From a virus (taxonomy: Duplodnaviria > Caudoviricetes), in the IMG/VR virus record IMGVR_UViG_3300027753_000007, positions 13,056-77,055 of that record: a stretch of 64,000 nt of DNA. One strand, written 5' to 3'. Of the stretch, positions 52,375 to 63,136 are shown one piece after another. Position 1 is the first letter of the stretch, and every line of letters starts with the position of its first letter. The notes under the pieces were generated by a model. The model saw only the letters and a list, made by a program, of their open reading frames with translations, was not told the DNA's origin and did no database searches. Position numbers and translations under genes: made by a program.

Positions 52375-52989
52375 TTAGTCTCGCGTTATGGTTACTGGAT
52401 CGTTTGCTCCGCCGGCGGATGTGATGGTCTGTGAAATAGCTGGTAGTGCGGTTCTGCTTGTTGGATCGACAACGAGTGGCACACCGGAGCGCAAACCGTG
52501 TATTTGGTGTAGCTCATCGAGCCACGTGCTTTGTGATGTGCCGAAGCCTGCGTTGATAAGGTCCACAATGTTAGACGTGTTACTATTGATCGTAATGTTA
52601 TTTGGCTGTCCTAAAATAACATCAGCTGCGACATATGCGTTGCTACCGTCGGCAGCAAATAGGTTTCCAGATATAAGTAGGCGGTATGAGCCTGGAGCTG
52701 GTTTGATTTTCCAGCCGTTTTGTAAGAAGAATGTACTACCAATGTTGCCCGTTGGGGTTGGCTCACCACCAATCGCTGTTATTGCTTGTAGGTACGCTGG
52801 GTTGTCTTGGTGTTCTACCAGACCAAGATTACATATCCACTCTTTCCAAGCACTATAGATATCACTCTTAACATCAATAGCAGTCTCGCCTTTATTTATG
52901 AGAATGAGTTTATTTGGGCCGTCAAAAGTTACTTTGTGATAAAGCTGCCAATATGCCCACTCATAATTATAATAAACTAGGTTTGGCAT
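52375..52989 (-). CDS. Probable virion structural protein
   Basis: Coupled within the late cluster; beta-rich. Confidence 0.6.
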   Translation of the reverse strand: MPNLVYYNYEWAYWQLYHKVTFDGPNKLILINKGETAIDVKSDIYSAWKEWICNLGLVEHQDNPAYLQAITAIGGEPTPTGNIGSTFFLQNGWKIKPAPGSYRLLISGNLFAADGSNAYVAADVILGQPNNITINSNTSNIVDLINAGFGTSQSTWLDELHQIHGLRSGVPLVVDPTSRTALPAISQTITSAGGANDPVTITRD

Positions 52990-52995
52990 GGTAGT

Positions 52996-54600
52996 TTATG
53001 CTCTGTCAACCCATGTAACACTCATAATAGCGTCTGTGGTTCCGGCTCCTAAGTTCTCTGCTGTAATTGTAACTGTTCGAGATGCAGTCCCATCAGCATT
53101 TAGATATACCTCTGCGTTGGAGTTCTCAAACACTACTCCTTGCCCGGCAGATGCAATACGAGAAAGAGTTAGCGGTCCTGACACATCTACAACTGCATCC
53201 AGCGAGACTCTCATAGCTCCCTCCGGTGTCGCTAAATTAAATGTACCGCTCGAATATGTAGAACCCGCATATATTCTAAAAACTACTAATTCATTTGTAG
53301 ATCCATAGTATGCAGAAATAGCGTCAGATATAATTCTATTAACTTTACCACCCATTGTTGGGGCTGAATCAAACGCAGCAATGAGCGTTTCACCACTACC
53401 GGATGTAAGCGATACTGGCGGTGATACATATGTATGTGTATCTTCGTGTGAATCTTCAACATCAGAACCATCTGTATACACCATTGCACAAATTAATTTT
53501 GTTGATGTTGGACCCGATGTGGTTGATGTATTAGTGTTTTCAATTGATAACGGTAACGATCCTGAACCACACCAAGGGCTTACGTTGTTATTTGCATTTT
53601 CAACTTTGTGTACATTTATTCGCGAACCATCAGGTCCGTATACTGAGAATCTAACAATACCTGACCCTAACCACTGATAGTCAATTGACCAGATATTTGC
53701 CTTAGTTACATCGATATTCATTGTACTCTTATTATAAACACCCGAAGAACCATCCACTCTATCTTCTGACCATTCTGTTTGATTAACGACTGTATCAATG
53801 GTTGATCCTGTTGTAGTAGATCTAGTAACACAAGAAAGCGTTGTACCTTCTAGTTGGAAGAATGCTCCGCTTTCTTCAGAAAAGAAACCCCATCTGCGTA
53901 CATTATCTGTTTTGCCTGCATCACCTTGGGCTAGAGACATCATCCCACCGCGTCCCATGCCTGGAATATACGGATAGAAAATATTAGTCCTGCGAATTAT
54001 TGAAGAACCAGGATTGCCATCAACCTCTAAATCAACAGCCGCCTCATTTGGCAACCATGTTGTGCTACCGCCACTAACAATTATGTCACTTAGTCCTCTG
54101 TGGTCTTTACTGTATTGGAATTTAAATGAATCTTCAACTTTGGGACTTGAAGTACGAGTTAGACCGAACACATCAAGCTGTTGGTTACCATCTTGGAATC
54201 TGACAAATGCCGAACCAGTATTGTCTATATTTTGTCCCTGGTAAGGATTGTCTGCACTTACTATTGACGTTTGGTTTGTATACAGTTCTTCTACGGAAAC
54301 CACGACACCAGTTATAATACCATCAAATGTTAAGGTTTCACCTACAGAAGGTAATTGGACTGGAGAATTATCTGTTGCGATGATTCCAACTGTACCTGTA
54401 CCTGATACAGCACCATCTGAACGTACAACTGTACCCAAATATCCACTACCACTACCAGTTGCTAATTCCCTAAGTAGTATTGGTCCGTTTGTTATGGTAT
54501 TTAATACCACTGAAACAGCATACAGTGATGTTACCGCCGGCCCAGTACTCTCTGGCGGTATCTTAATTTGATTGTGTGCTCCGAATTGAGATGTTGTCAT
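52996..54600 (-). CDS. Probable virion protein with lectin-like C-terminal region
   Basis: Ser/Thr-rich; RRWGFF, IDYQWLGSG..RF segments; late promoter upstream. Confidence 0.55.
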   Translation of the reverse strand: MTTSQFGAHNQIKIPPESTGPAVTSLYAVSVVLNTITNGPILLRELATGSGSGYLGTVVRSDGAVSGTGTVGIIATDNSPVQLPSVGETLTFDGIITGVVVSVEELYTNQTSIVSADNPYQGQNIDNTGSAFVRFQDGNQQLDVFGLTRTSSPKVEDSFKFQYSKDHRGLSDIIVSGGSTTWLPNEAAVDLEVDGNPGSSIIRRTNIFYPYIPGMGRGGMMSLAQGDAGKTDNVRRWGFFSEESGAFFQLEGTTLSCVTRSTTTGSTIDTVVNQTEWSEDRVDGSSGVYNKSTMNIDVTKANIWSIDYQWLGSGIVRFSVYGPDGSRINVHKVENANNNVSPWCGSGSLPLSIENTNTSTTSGPTSTKLICAMVYTDGSDVEDSHEDTHTYVSPPVSLTSGSGETLIAAFDSAPTMGGKVNRIISDAISAYYGSTNELVVFRIYAGSTYSSGTFNLATPEGAMRVSLDAVVDVSGPLTLSRIASAGQGVVFENSNAEVYLNADGTASRTVTITAENLGAGTTDAIMSVTWVDRA

Positions 54601-54673
54601 TATAAATTCCTAACTTGTTATCTATTATTTATCATTATCCTGCGCATGACGGCGGAATCGAATTACCTTACTG

Positions 54674-55243
54674 TTAGTTTTTATCATTTCGTACAAATCT
54701 TATTTCTGGGGCACGGCGTGTCAACGTATCAAATTCGCCGCCCATATTGTCCATCACCTGCAATAGCTCATTTTCTGTGGGGATATGAACCACTACCTGT
54801 ATATCTACCCCCACGAACTCCTTTTCAATAATTGGATAAATAAGATTCCATAAGTTATGATCGTGATCTTGGGTGATAAGTGGCATCGAAATGACATTTT
54901 GTTTGAGATCTTCTGCCTTACGTTTTACGCTACGCACAATCAACTGTAATGCATCAAAATCAATTGGACCACCTGGTTCCTCTTGCCATATACCTGCGGC
55001 AATATGTTGACCGCCTGAGGTCTGTGTCCAAACAACGTCACCAACTGCGGGTGGATTTGCATCCATTCCCTCGAGACTGTCCATTGGTTGGAACATCTGA
55101 TTCTTTGGGGCAAACGAAGAAGAAAAACATGCCTCTGCTTCTTTCTGGAAATCTTCTGTGTTCTCATTTTTGTTATTAATGGTATAAAATATAACTTGAT
55201 GCCCAGAGAATACAAAATTCCCCATTGTGTATAGTATTTTCAT
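54674..55243 (-). CDS. Macrodomain-like protein (divergent)
   Basis: MKILYTMGN, GDVVW, IDFDAL, ISMPLI, WNLIYPIIEKEF resemble small phage macrodomains; start ATG 55243 overlaps the upstream TAA. Confidence 0.55.
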   Translation of the reverse strand: MKILYTMGNFVFSGHQVIFYTINNKNENTEDFQKEAEACFSSSFAPKNQMFQPMDSLEGMDANPPAVGDVVWTQTSGGQHIAAGIWQEEPGGPIDFDALQLIVRSVKRKAEDLKQNVISMPLITQDHDHNLWNLIYPIIEKEFVGVDIQVVVHIPTENELLQVMDNMGGEFDTLTRRAPEIRFVRNDKN

Positions 55244-55674
55244 TACGAAATCTCTTGTTGTGTAAATGCTGTTGGCATTAATGCCCCTAGCTCGTCGTAA
55301 CGACCACCCTCCATAAACCATTTCTCTTTGGTGATAATTTTTGTATGATCCTGTGGATTTAAGTCCCAGTAAAATGTAAATGATGCCCAATTCTGTTGTA
55401 TGTTAGCATCTAACTGTGGATCAATGATTGATTTTATAGCTTCTAATTCTGGCGTCAGATCAGCACCGCGCTTCATATACTTAATGATTTTGAACATATT
55501 GCCGCGCATTTGCTTGCGTTTGGTCCATTGGTCACCCCTGCGCTTTGGAACAATTAGCCACTGATTTCGGAATGTTGCCATTTCTACAAACTCGGCTTCA
55601 TCAAGATTACTCTCTTTGTTGGTAAGACCCTTTGCCATATTTAGTAGTTGTTCATCTGAAAATTGTTCGCTCAT
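55243..55674 (-). CDS. Hypothetical late protein
   Basis: Late promoter at 55722. Confidence 0.65.
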   Translation of the reverse strand: MSEQFSDEQLLNMAKGLTNKESNLDEAEFVEMATFRNQWLIVPKRRGDQWTKRKQMRGNMFKIIKYMKRGADLTPELEAIKSIIDPQLDANIQQNWASFTFYWDLNPQDHTKIITKEKWFMEGGRYDELGALMPTAFTQQEIS

Positions 55675-55752
55675 AATAATTCCTATAATTAAAGAGATAA
55701 GGGAGTAATACTACTCCCTTGTATTTATCATTAATATTTTCCGTGATTAAAG

Positions 55753-55773
55753 AAAAGGGAGCGTTGCGCTCCC
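55753..55773 (-). terminator. Intrinsic terminator
   Basis: AAGGGAGC-gtt-GCGCTCCCTT region with T tract on the minus strand. Confidence 0.7.
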
Positions 55774-55802
55774 TTATCTTTCCATTGCAATATAATTATT
55801 GC

Positions 55803-58800
55803 TTATACTGGGTTTGAGCCATTGTAGTTACGTTCTAGAGCCGCAACCGCCGATATTGTAATACCAGTAGCGTTTACAATGCTACCTGAGGCGATAACGA
55901 ACTGTGCCGTTGGCTGACCAATAGCAACCAGTGTTACTGGTGCTGCCGTCGATACTGAACCTGCACCACGCTGGACGTTTGTATCATATGCATACGTAAA
56001 CGTAATAGATGTTGTGCTTGAGGCTACTGATCGTACTCCGCCGTGTGTTGAACCACCGACCGCATTAATGTATCCAGTGATCGGATTAGCTGTTGGAGTT
56101 GTTGCATCTTCAACAATAATCGCGTTCGCTGTACCATAGTCTCTGCCCAAATTGTCACCTGCATCATCATTCGTAAAGAACAACCAATATTTGGCTTGGG
56201 TATCGTTTGTTAGGTTCGGGTTGAATACCAACGAACCAGATGATGTGAACGGGAAGTTCTGAGCTGTGCTAGTGTGATCAAAGAATGTCGCGTTGTTGAT
56301 GTCGTTTGAATCAAGGTCATCTATGAACAAGTTCAAGCCGCTACCTGTTGGAGAAGCAAAACTCATCAATAGATCGTTAATGTTACCAATGAAACCTACA
56401 AGACCTAATGAACCTGCTGGAACAAACGTTCCTGCACCTTGGTCAATGTCTGACGATGAACGTAGTTCAGATTGAATAAACTGGAATACGTCCTGTAGTC
56501 CACCACCGTTACCAGTGACCTTCCAATTAAAGGATAGATCATCTGGACCAATTGTGCGCTCAAAGCCTTTCTCAACCGCAACTATTGTGCCAGCTGCTGG
56601 AGCACCGGTTACGTTAGAAGCAAATGTCTCATATATAACAACAGTTGTTGCAGATGTACGCGATAGTACCGTGTATCGACCATCAATTGTTCCTGTACCT
56701 GTTATCTCAATCATATCGCCTGATTGTACATTCACAGTAACATAAGCGTCATCTTTGTAATCAAATCCGAGAGTGTTGCCGCCGGTTAACGCAATTGTGT
56801 TAAGGCCGGTAACAGTTATATCGGTAATTGGGGTTGTTGTTTGTGTAGCAGCCGAGGACTGTACGGTCTTATTCTTATACTGTAAGTACATTCCTGCTTC
56901 TACTACATGATACTGTGTTCCAATTGTCTTACTTGTTGTTGGGAACTGTTGATCTGTAGTATCTACAACTAATGTCGTTGTTCCAGCAGTAATAATATCG
57001 TAAGCTCCATCACCTTCATGCACATGTAGTAGATGAGGTTCTGAGGTACCAGCTGTTATTGCGATTTCTGTTGAATCACCGTTAGTTCTTGCCCATGCAT
57101 CTGCTAGAGTTGCGCAAAGATAAAATGTGCTGGATGAAGCTACCGAAACGTAATATACTGTTCCGTCTACTAATCCAGAAATTACTGTGCCGCCGTTAAT
57201 GTCATATATTATGCGATCACCTGTGCGTAAGTTATGATTTGCTTGGGTAATTATGTTTCCAGCAACTGCTGTTGACGCATCGAAGCTAATGTCATAAAAC
57301 TGTGTGATAATAAGAATATCACCAGCAGCAACGCCGGCTGCTGTAAAGTCTTGAGCAGTATGAGTTAATGTGCCTGTTACACCAGACGTATTAACCAAGC
57401 CCGTTGCGGTTGCTTCAACTAGTGTACCAGTTGTTTGTGCTGGGAATAGCAGACTTGAGTAAATTTCAAAGTCTGTGGCTGCGTTAGTTGCTGCCCAACC
57501 TGTACCAAATGTAAAGTCGTTACCTGAGACCGACTCAAATTCAGTAACGGTTAGCGTTGTTGTTGCAACATTTGTAATTTCATAGTAACCAATGTCAACA
57601 TCAGCTTCTGTTATGCGCAAAATGTCACCTGCGATTACGCCTGCTGCCGCAAAATCACCTACGGCAGTCGATGTAAATGTATTCAAGTTGATAGTCTTAC
57701 TTCCATCTGTGCCTGAGGATATTGCTACTGGGGTTGTTGCAAACCTATATGGGTTTGTACCTAGCAACTCAGCATCAGATAATGTAATGGCAGTATCAAC
57801 CGTGTGAGCCAATGGGAATCGGTTTACAATCGTTTGGATTGTTGTTACACCAATATCTGAAATCTGTGATCCAGCATATGTTCGTCCCTTTTTGCGTACG
57901 AACAGTTTTAGATATGTTGTAAAGTCGTCTGTTGGGGTATTATCTGCTGATGCGTCAGTGTATACACGTAACGCCTCGTTTACAGGACCTAGGAACGTAA
58001 AGTCAACTTTTGGTGTTACAACAGATGTCTGTTGGTAATATACCTGAGCATCTGCATCCACGCTACCCAACGTAATAATACCCGTCTCACGAGCAAGATC
58101 ACCTGTACCAACGTCTGTTTTTTCTGCCCAACCAGCTGTACGTACTTTCTTACGTGTATAAGAGTTGAACCAATCCCAATTATCATGGGATGTACCACCA
58201 CCAATTTCAAACTGTTCCGACGTAATAGCTTCGTATGGGAATTGGTGCCTAATTAAGTCATCGTTATATTCTGGAGTCAATGTAGTTATTAATGAGTCAA
58301 CGCGCCATTCTTCCTTACCGAAAGAATAAATAGCCTGCTGTGAGATTCCGTCTTTTACGTCACCGAGACCATCACCAGATGTGTCGTTGCCTAAAATTGC
58401 TTCGCTTGTTGATGCACCGTTAGTGAATATACCAACGATCAATCTGTTATGTAGTACAGTTGTGCCTGTACCATCATCAGCTAGTGTGATGGCTGTACCA
58501 GCAACCGCATTTGCGTAAGTTGTTGCTAGTGAAATGTTACCAGCATCTACTCGAATAACGTAATATACGTTAAGGTCTGTTAAATTGCTGTCGATTGTTC
58601 CGCCTGCGACTGCTACTACTGAATCACCAGTTACATAACCGTGTGTTGCGATTGCAATCACGTTACCAGTAATACTTGTTGCTTCTGTATAGGACGTTGA
58701 CTGAACCGTTAGGCTTGTTGTTTCTGCACCAGCAACACCATCATCAATCATTGCTAACGAAATCGGGTTATTTGCGCCTGCAGTTGGTGTTGTTCTCACA

Positions 58801-59045
58801 TAATAGTGTCCGCCGTTAACGTCATTTTGTATTGCTACAACATCTCCAGCGACAACACCATCAGTATTAAAGTTTTCAGCTCCGCCTGGAGTAAGTGTAC
58901 CTGCTGTGTCAACATATACATTAGTATATGTTACACCTGTATTCCTTTGGGTATCACCAACCGGGTATATCGAAACTCTCTGCGATGCGCTGTTAAAAAT
59001 AACATCATATCTCGATAGTAGATCAGGATCTGTAATAATTGCCAT
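55803..59045 (-). CDS. Large Thr/Gly-rich virion protein (fibre/appendage-like)
   Basis: 1080 aa; two H(G/N)xxTGD beta-modules (THGYVTGD, NHNLRTGD); late promoter upstream. Confidence 0.65.
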   Translation of the reverse strand: MAIITDPDLLSRYDVIFNSASQRVSIYPVGDTQRNTGVTYTNVYVDTAGTLTPGGAENFNTDGVVAGDVVAIQNDVNGGHYYVRTTPTAGANNPISLAMIDDGVAGAETTSLTVQSTSYTEATSITGNVIAIATHGYVTGDSVVAVAGGTIDSNLTDLNVYYVIRVDAGNISLATTYANAVAGTAITLADDGTGTTVLHNRLIVGIFTNGASTSEAILGNDTSGDGLGDVKDGISQQAIYSFGKEEWRVDSLITTLTPEYNDDLIRHQFPYEAITSEQFEIGGGTSHDNWDWFNSYTRKKVRTAGWAEKTDVGTGDLARETGIITLGSVDADAQVYYQQTSVVTPKVDFTFLGPVNEALRVYTDASADNTPTDDFTTYLKLFVRKKGRTYAGSQISDIGVTTIQTIVNRFPLAHTVDTAITLSDAELLGTNPYRFATTPVAISSGTDGSKTINLNTFTSTAVGDFAAAGVIAGDILRITEADVDIGYYEITNVATTTLTVTEFESVSGNDFTFGTGWAATNAATDFEIYSSLLFPAQTTGTLVEATATGLVNTSGVTGTLTHTAQDFTAAGVAAGDILIITQFYDISFDASTAVAGNIITQANHNLRTGDRIIYDINGGTVISGLVDGTVYYVSVASSSTFYLCATLADAWARTNGDSTEIAITAGTSEPHLLHVHEGDGAYDIITAGTTTLVVDTTDQQFPTTSKTIGTQYHVVEAGMYLQYKNKTVQSSAATQTTTPITDITVTGLNTIALTGGNTLGFDYKDDAYVTVNVQSGDMIEITGTGTIDGRYTVLSRTSATTVVIYETFASNVTGAPAAGTIVAVEKGFERTIGPDDLSFNWKVTGNGGGLQDVFQFIQSELRSSSDIDQGAGTFVPAGSLGLVGFIGNINDLLMSFASPTGSGLNLFIDDLDSNDINNATFFDHTSTAQNFPFTSSGSLVFNPNLTNDTQAKYWLFFTNDDAGDNLGRDYGTANAIIVEDATTPTANPITGYINAVGGSTHGGVRSVASSTTSITFTYAYDTNVQRGAGSVSTAAPVTLVAIGQPTAQFVIASGSIVNATGITISAVAALERNYNGSNPV

Positions 59046-59135
59046 TTAAATGTTCCTCTCCTCAAATTTATGCGTAAGGGCCTTGCTTATATTTATATTT
59101 ATCTAAACTTGCGAAAAATATTCTGCTTGTGTTTA

Positions 59136-60986
59136 TTATAGTGGATTATTGTATGTACGGTCTGCGGTCTGTTGGATTGGGATAGACTGATTTGACGCTG
59201 CAAGATTTTGCTCGATGCGGACCTCTTTATAATCAAGATGAAATACGATAATTGCAACGTTTGGTGTGAATGATGCATCGTACGAGTATGTAAACGAGCC
59301 GTTGATAGTTAATCGAAAAGTTGCGTTAGTACCGCCACCGCCCGTTACAGACACAGGATTCGTAGGATTAACGCTGTATAAACCTACAATGACGATGCTG
59401 TCTACCGAAACTACTGTGCCGCCAGAGACAGTAACATTAAGCTGTGCTGCTGTGCCTGTGCCACCAACTACGGTTAGTGTCTGAGCACCATTAGTATAAC
59501 CAGACCCACCATTAATAATAGTGGCCTTAGTAACACTACCAATAATCTGCTCAGAACCTGCTAGTTCTTTGCTGAAATTAGTTGTATCGTCGAGATTTAT
59601 AATACGGACCTCGGAGTCTGTTTGTATGCCAGTGAGGGTTAATGCTACACCGTTATTTAGGGTAACTGTTCCAGTTGAACTATTAAGTACGCTTGGGGTT
59701 GTCCCGCCTGATATATTAAGTACCAGGTTACCAGTACCACCAGTTGGATTAAAATGTATTGCTGCATTTGCATCGCCCGTTGTTCCACCGTTGGCATCTG
59801 TACCAGAGGAATACCCTGTCCAGGTATTACCAGTGAAACTATATGTGCCAGCAGTATTAATCTCCATACCATGACCGGTACCTACACTTATAAAGTCAGT
59901 ATATGTTATGTTCTGTGGATTATTAGATAACATTGCTGGTGAATTGGTACTATCTGCAAATGTGCAGCTAGTAAATGTTGCAGAGCCTTGTGTAACTAAT
60001 CCACATCGTCTCCAAGCCGTGCTAGTAAGGGTACTATTTGACTGGAATATAAACGTATCCATATCTGCAAATGAGCAACTATCTATTGTCACAGTCGCAT
60101 TATCAACAACCTCAAGTCGGCCTGGACTTGCTGTACCAAGAGAGTTAAACGAAATTGATGACCAATCGACAACTGAACTTGCGTTGTTAATTTCAACCTT
60201 ATTAAAATTTGCTGTTACCCATTTGGTATTATCAACAGTGATAACTTTGTTTGAATCCTTAAAGTCAACCGCCGTACCTGCTAATCCAAGAGACATTAAT
60301 CCCTTCCACAAGAAACTGGATGGTGTTATAGTCTGGAACAGTCCCCAACGATTGTATCCGTTCGTTACATCGTTATAATCGTTTGTTGTACCCATACCTG
60401 TAAACGTGGCGTATCCATCTGCAAGAGCGCCAGCAGTTGCCCGAATAGCGCATCGGCCATATCGAATTGCGTCTGAAAGATAAGGGTTTCCTTTCGATGG
60501 TACTGTTACAGCGTTGAATGCCCAACCAGCATATTGTTTGACTGTGGTTGGTGTACCAACAGTGAAAGAGGCTGTTGGTAGAACTGCTGGATCACCAGTC
60601 GCAAGGTTAAGCCAACCTCCATAAACGTAGGTATCGCTGCCACCATGTGTATAAGCATAAAAGTCGGCGAGGCTGCTACCGATCGCTGTGCGAATACCGC
60701 CATTGGATTCAAGGTCTAATGAGTTTGGTGTTGCATAATACATCCAATGCAAAATAGCACCATCTGTTGGAATAGTTACACCAGACCCAAAGTTCGCCAA
60801 TAGTATCCCAACACCCGTTTTAACTGTGGTTGATATGCACTGAGTTCCTTGAATGAACAAATCGGTTTCATTTTCCTCGACAGTGTTGGACACACTGGTC
60901 CAACCACTCGCGGTTGACTCATTCCACACAACGCCTTCCGCCAGGTCAAATGTTGCAAGGTCGGTTGTATATACAGGAACGGCCAT
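59136..60986 (-). CDS. Thr/Gly-rich virion protein with beta-helix-like region
   Basis: 616 aa; repeated TFTxCxF units; IINGGSGY..LTVVGGTG module also seen in 49628-50248. Confidence 0.6.
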   Translation of the reverse strand: MAVPVYTTDLATFDLAEGVVWNESTASGWTSVSNTVEENETDLFIQGTQCISTTVKTGVGILLANFGSGVTIPTDGAILHWMYYATPNSLDLESNGGIRTAIGSSLADFYAYTHGGSDTYVYGGWLNLATGDPAVLPTASFTVGTPTTVKQYAGWAFNAVTVPSKGNPYLSDAIRYGRCAIRATAGALADGYATFTGMGTTNDYNDVTNGYNRWGLFQTITPSSFLWKGLMSLGLAGTAVDFKDSNKVITVDNTKWVTANFNKVEINNASSVVDWSSISFNSLGTASPGRLEVVDNATVTIDSCSFADMDTFIFQSNSTLTSTAWRRCGLVTQGSATFTSCTFADSTNSPAMLSNNPQNITYTDFISVGTGHGMEINTAGTYSFTGNTWTGYSSGTDANGGTTGDANAAIHFNPTGGTGNLVLNISGGTTPSVLNSSTGTVTLNNGVALTLTGIQTDSEVRIINLDDTTNFSKELAGSEQIIGSVTKATIINGGSGYTNGAQTLTVVGGTGTAAQLNVTVSGGTVVSVDSIVIVGLYSVNPTNPVSVTGGGGTNATFRLTINGSFTYSYDASFTPNVAIIVFHLDYKEVRIEQNLAASNQSIPIQQTADRTYNNPL

Positions 60987-61420
60987 TAGTTAGTAGCTCC
61001 CATGTTTGCTGCTCCCTCTCTCACATATGCAATAACTTGTGCAGCATCCATGCCCGCTGGAATAAGAGCGTTGCTACTATCAGTGGCAACAACCGCAACA
61101 CCTTTTTGTTGGTATTCTTTTAACACTTTATCAACAGCAGGTGTTAACCAGATTCCTGCGTATCCAGGTTCGATCAACACAATCACCACAGGAACATTAG
61201 GGAGTTTTTCAATAACAATATGAGACTTATTAGGTTTCATATCCTCACTCATGTCACCTTGCAGCCAAGCACAATTAAATGTGCGGCAAGATTGCGGTCT
61301 AGTATTATATATGGTGCAACCAATTGCGCAATTGGAACAGGTTGTTCCTACGGGTTTTGCTAACTCCGGAACATGCGTAACTGTACAACATAATGTGCAA
61401 TCACCGCAACTACGTTCCAT
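60986..61420 (-). CDS. YkgJ-like cysteine-cluster (Fe-S/Zn) protein
   Basis: CGDCTLCC, C..C..GC.IY..RP..CR.F.C.W. Confidence 0.75.
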   Translation of the reverse strand: MERSCGDCTLCCTVTHVPELAKPVGTTCSNCAIGCTIYNTRPQSCRTFNCAWLQGDMSEDMKPNKSHIVIEKLPNVPVVIVLIEPGYAGIWLTPAVDKVLKEYQQKGVAVVATDSSNALIPAGMDAAQVIAYVREGAANMGATN

Positions 61421-61938
61421 TATTCTTCCCCGCTATCGTCTTCCTCATCAAAGACCTCAGATTCTTCAATGTGCGTTATCATTCCACGCTTGTCGCGGTG
61501 CACATTCTTGATAGTCTTTTTGCTGGGCATTTGTAGATTTACAATTGGTGTTGGGATTTCAATATTTTTGATCTCGTCAATTTTGCCTTCCAGCATTGCC
61601 ACTGTATCTGAGAGGGACGTAATAGCTTCAATTAGTTTTGCGTTAATGTCGTTGGTTGCTTCAACCAGCGTGTTTACAGATTCTAAAATTTTCTTATTGG
61701 TTTTATTAGCAGCACCTAGTAGCTTTTTGCTTTCTTCGCGCTGTTCATTAAGTAGTGTTTTAACGGACTCCATCACGCTCTCAGTTAACACTGGTTGCGG
61801 TTGTTGCACTGGAGGCATAGGCACCTCTACGTTAACCTCTGGCAAACGGGTCAGCGAATCATGTTTTACGCGCAAACCTCCTTCAGTTACGATAGGTTCT
61901 TTGTCTTCTGCGTAGTAATCTTTAAACGATTTTGGCAT
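61420..61938 (-). CDS. Coiled-coil late protein
   Basis: KSFKDYY..IVTEG N-terminus similar to 18462-19085. Confidence 0.55.
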   Translation of the reverse strand: MPKSFKDYYAEDKEPIVTEGGLRVKHDSLTRLPEVNVEVPMPPVQQPQPVLTESVMESVKTLLNEQREESKKLLGAANKTNKKILESVNTLVEATNDINAKLIEAITSLSDTVAMLEGKIDEIKNIEIPTPIVNLQMPSKKTIKNVHRDKRGMITHIEESEVFDEEDDSGEE

Positions 61939-61950
61939 GATCTTTTCCTA

Positions 61951-62346
61951 TTATTCTAATGTAAGTCGTAGGGTGACTTTAATTTGGTCGCCGTTAGTAG
62001 TAATATTATATGGTCCGTTGGTGAAAAGTTCAGCCCACATCAAGTCACCTGCTGTATCGCGGGTTACAAAAATGCCGTAAACATTACCTACTGCACCAGT
62101 AAATGTCCATGTAATTTGTGGATATGATGCAGTGGATGGGTCGCCAGTAACAATACCCCAGCTACCAGCAGTTAACGGTACGGCTGCATATCCGCCGCCT
62201 ACTACTTCTGTAAAATCTATCACCGCGCTTGCTTCGCTTGGTGTGACATTGTTAGAATATAGCCTAACGGTCAAATCCTGTGGATTATTTTGATTTAGTA
62301 TGTATCCCAGCATTACCGCTTCTGCTGCGTCAGGTACTATGAGTGC
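61951..62346 (-). CDS. Small virion structural protein
   Basis: MALIVPD..start; ASYPQITWTF, GDQIKV; late promoter upstream. Confidence 0.6.
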   Translation of the reverse strand, partial: ALIVPDAAEAVMLGYILNQNNPQDLTVRLYSNNVTPSEASAVIDFTEVVGGGYAAVPLTAGSWGIVTGDPSTASYPQITWTFTGAVGNVYGIFVTRDTAGDLMWAELFTNGPYNITTNGDQIKVTLRLTLE

Positions 62347-62410
62347 CATGATTTTCTCCAATAAGGTCGTTATTGTTATTTATCACTTCTGCAAACTCTC
62401 GGAGGTGAGA

Positions 62411-63136
62411 TTAGACTTTGTTTTGGGAGGATATTATATTGATGTATTGTATTGTCTTTTTCAGCAATCGTCTCGTTACAGGTTGTGTGCGGTCGTTACC
62501 AAATATAACAAGATGAGAATATAAAACAGGTGCTACTTTATGTAAGTAAGGAAGGGGATGATCGTGCTTTAAGATTTCGATAGCTTTGTCTTTGCTGTAT
62601 TTTTGGAGTAACTCGTCCGCTATATTATAAGCATAAGCCTCAAGCTCATCCTTGTCACCAAAGTATTCTTGTGCTTGGCGTAGGTCAGCGTCATCTGCTT
62701 TACTTTTATATTTGGTTTTACCGCCCACATTGAAACCTCTGGCGCGATATTGGTTCATGTGAATCAATTCATGCACCAACGTTCCTGATAGGTAATCGGT
62801 CACAACGCGGTAAAATGCTTCTCGGTCTTCTGGGTCGTCACCGAGGTAGTTATCACCTGGAGCGTGGATTATTTTTAGCTGGATTGGATCTGGTGCATCG
62901 TCTTGATCCAGCTCAGGGCGGTATGCACCACCGATGGATATTTCACCGTCGGGTAGTCTATCATCTTTTATAACATCGAAGGATACACCCCAGTCCGCTA
63001 GGGCTTGTTCAAGCAGGCGGGCTACTATTACGTAAGACAAACGTTTTTCCACGTTCATAATACGTTCTTTCGTGCTAGCCATTGCCTGTAGAATGTCGCT
63101 ACGTAGGACTGGTTGTGTGATCTCAAATAGGCGCAT
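62411..63136 (-). CDS. Protein with HExxH zincin motif, possible head-packaged metalloprotease
   Basis: MRLFEI N-terminus; LVHELIHMNQ; downstream ELEAYA. Confidence 0.65.
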   Translation of the reverse strand: MRLFEITQPVLRSDILQAMASTKERIMNVEKRLSYVIVARLLEQALADWGVSFDVIKDDRLPDGEISIGGAYRPELDQDDAPDPIQLKIIHAPGDNYLGDDPEDREAFYRVVTDYLSGTLVHELIHMNQYRARGFNVGGKTKYKSKADDADLRQAQEYFGDKDELEAYAYNIADELLQKYSKDKAIEILKHDHPLPYLHKVAPVLYSHLVIFGNDRTQPVTRRLLKKTIQYINIISSQNKV

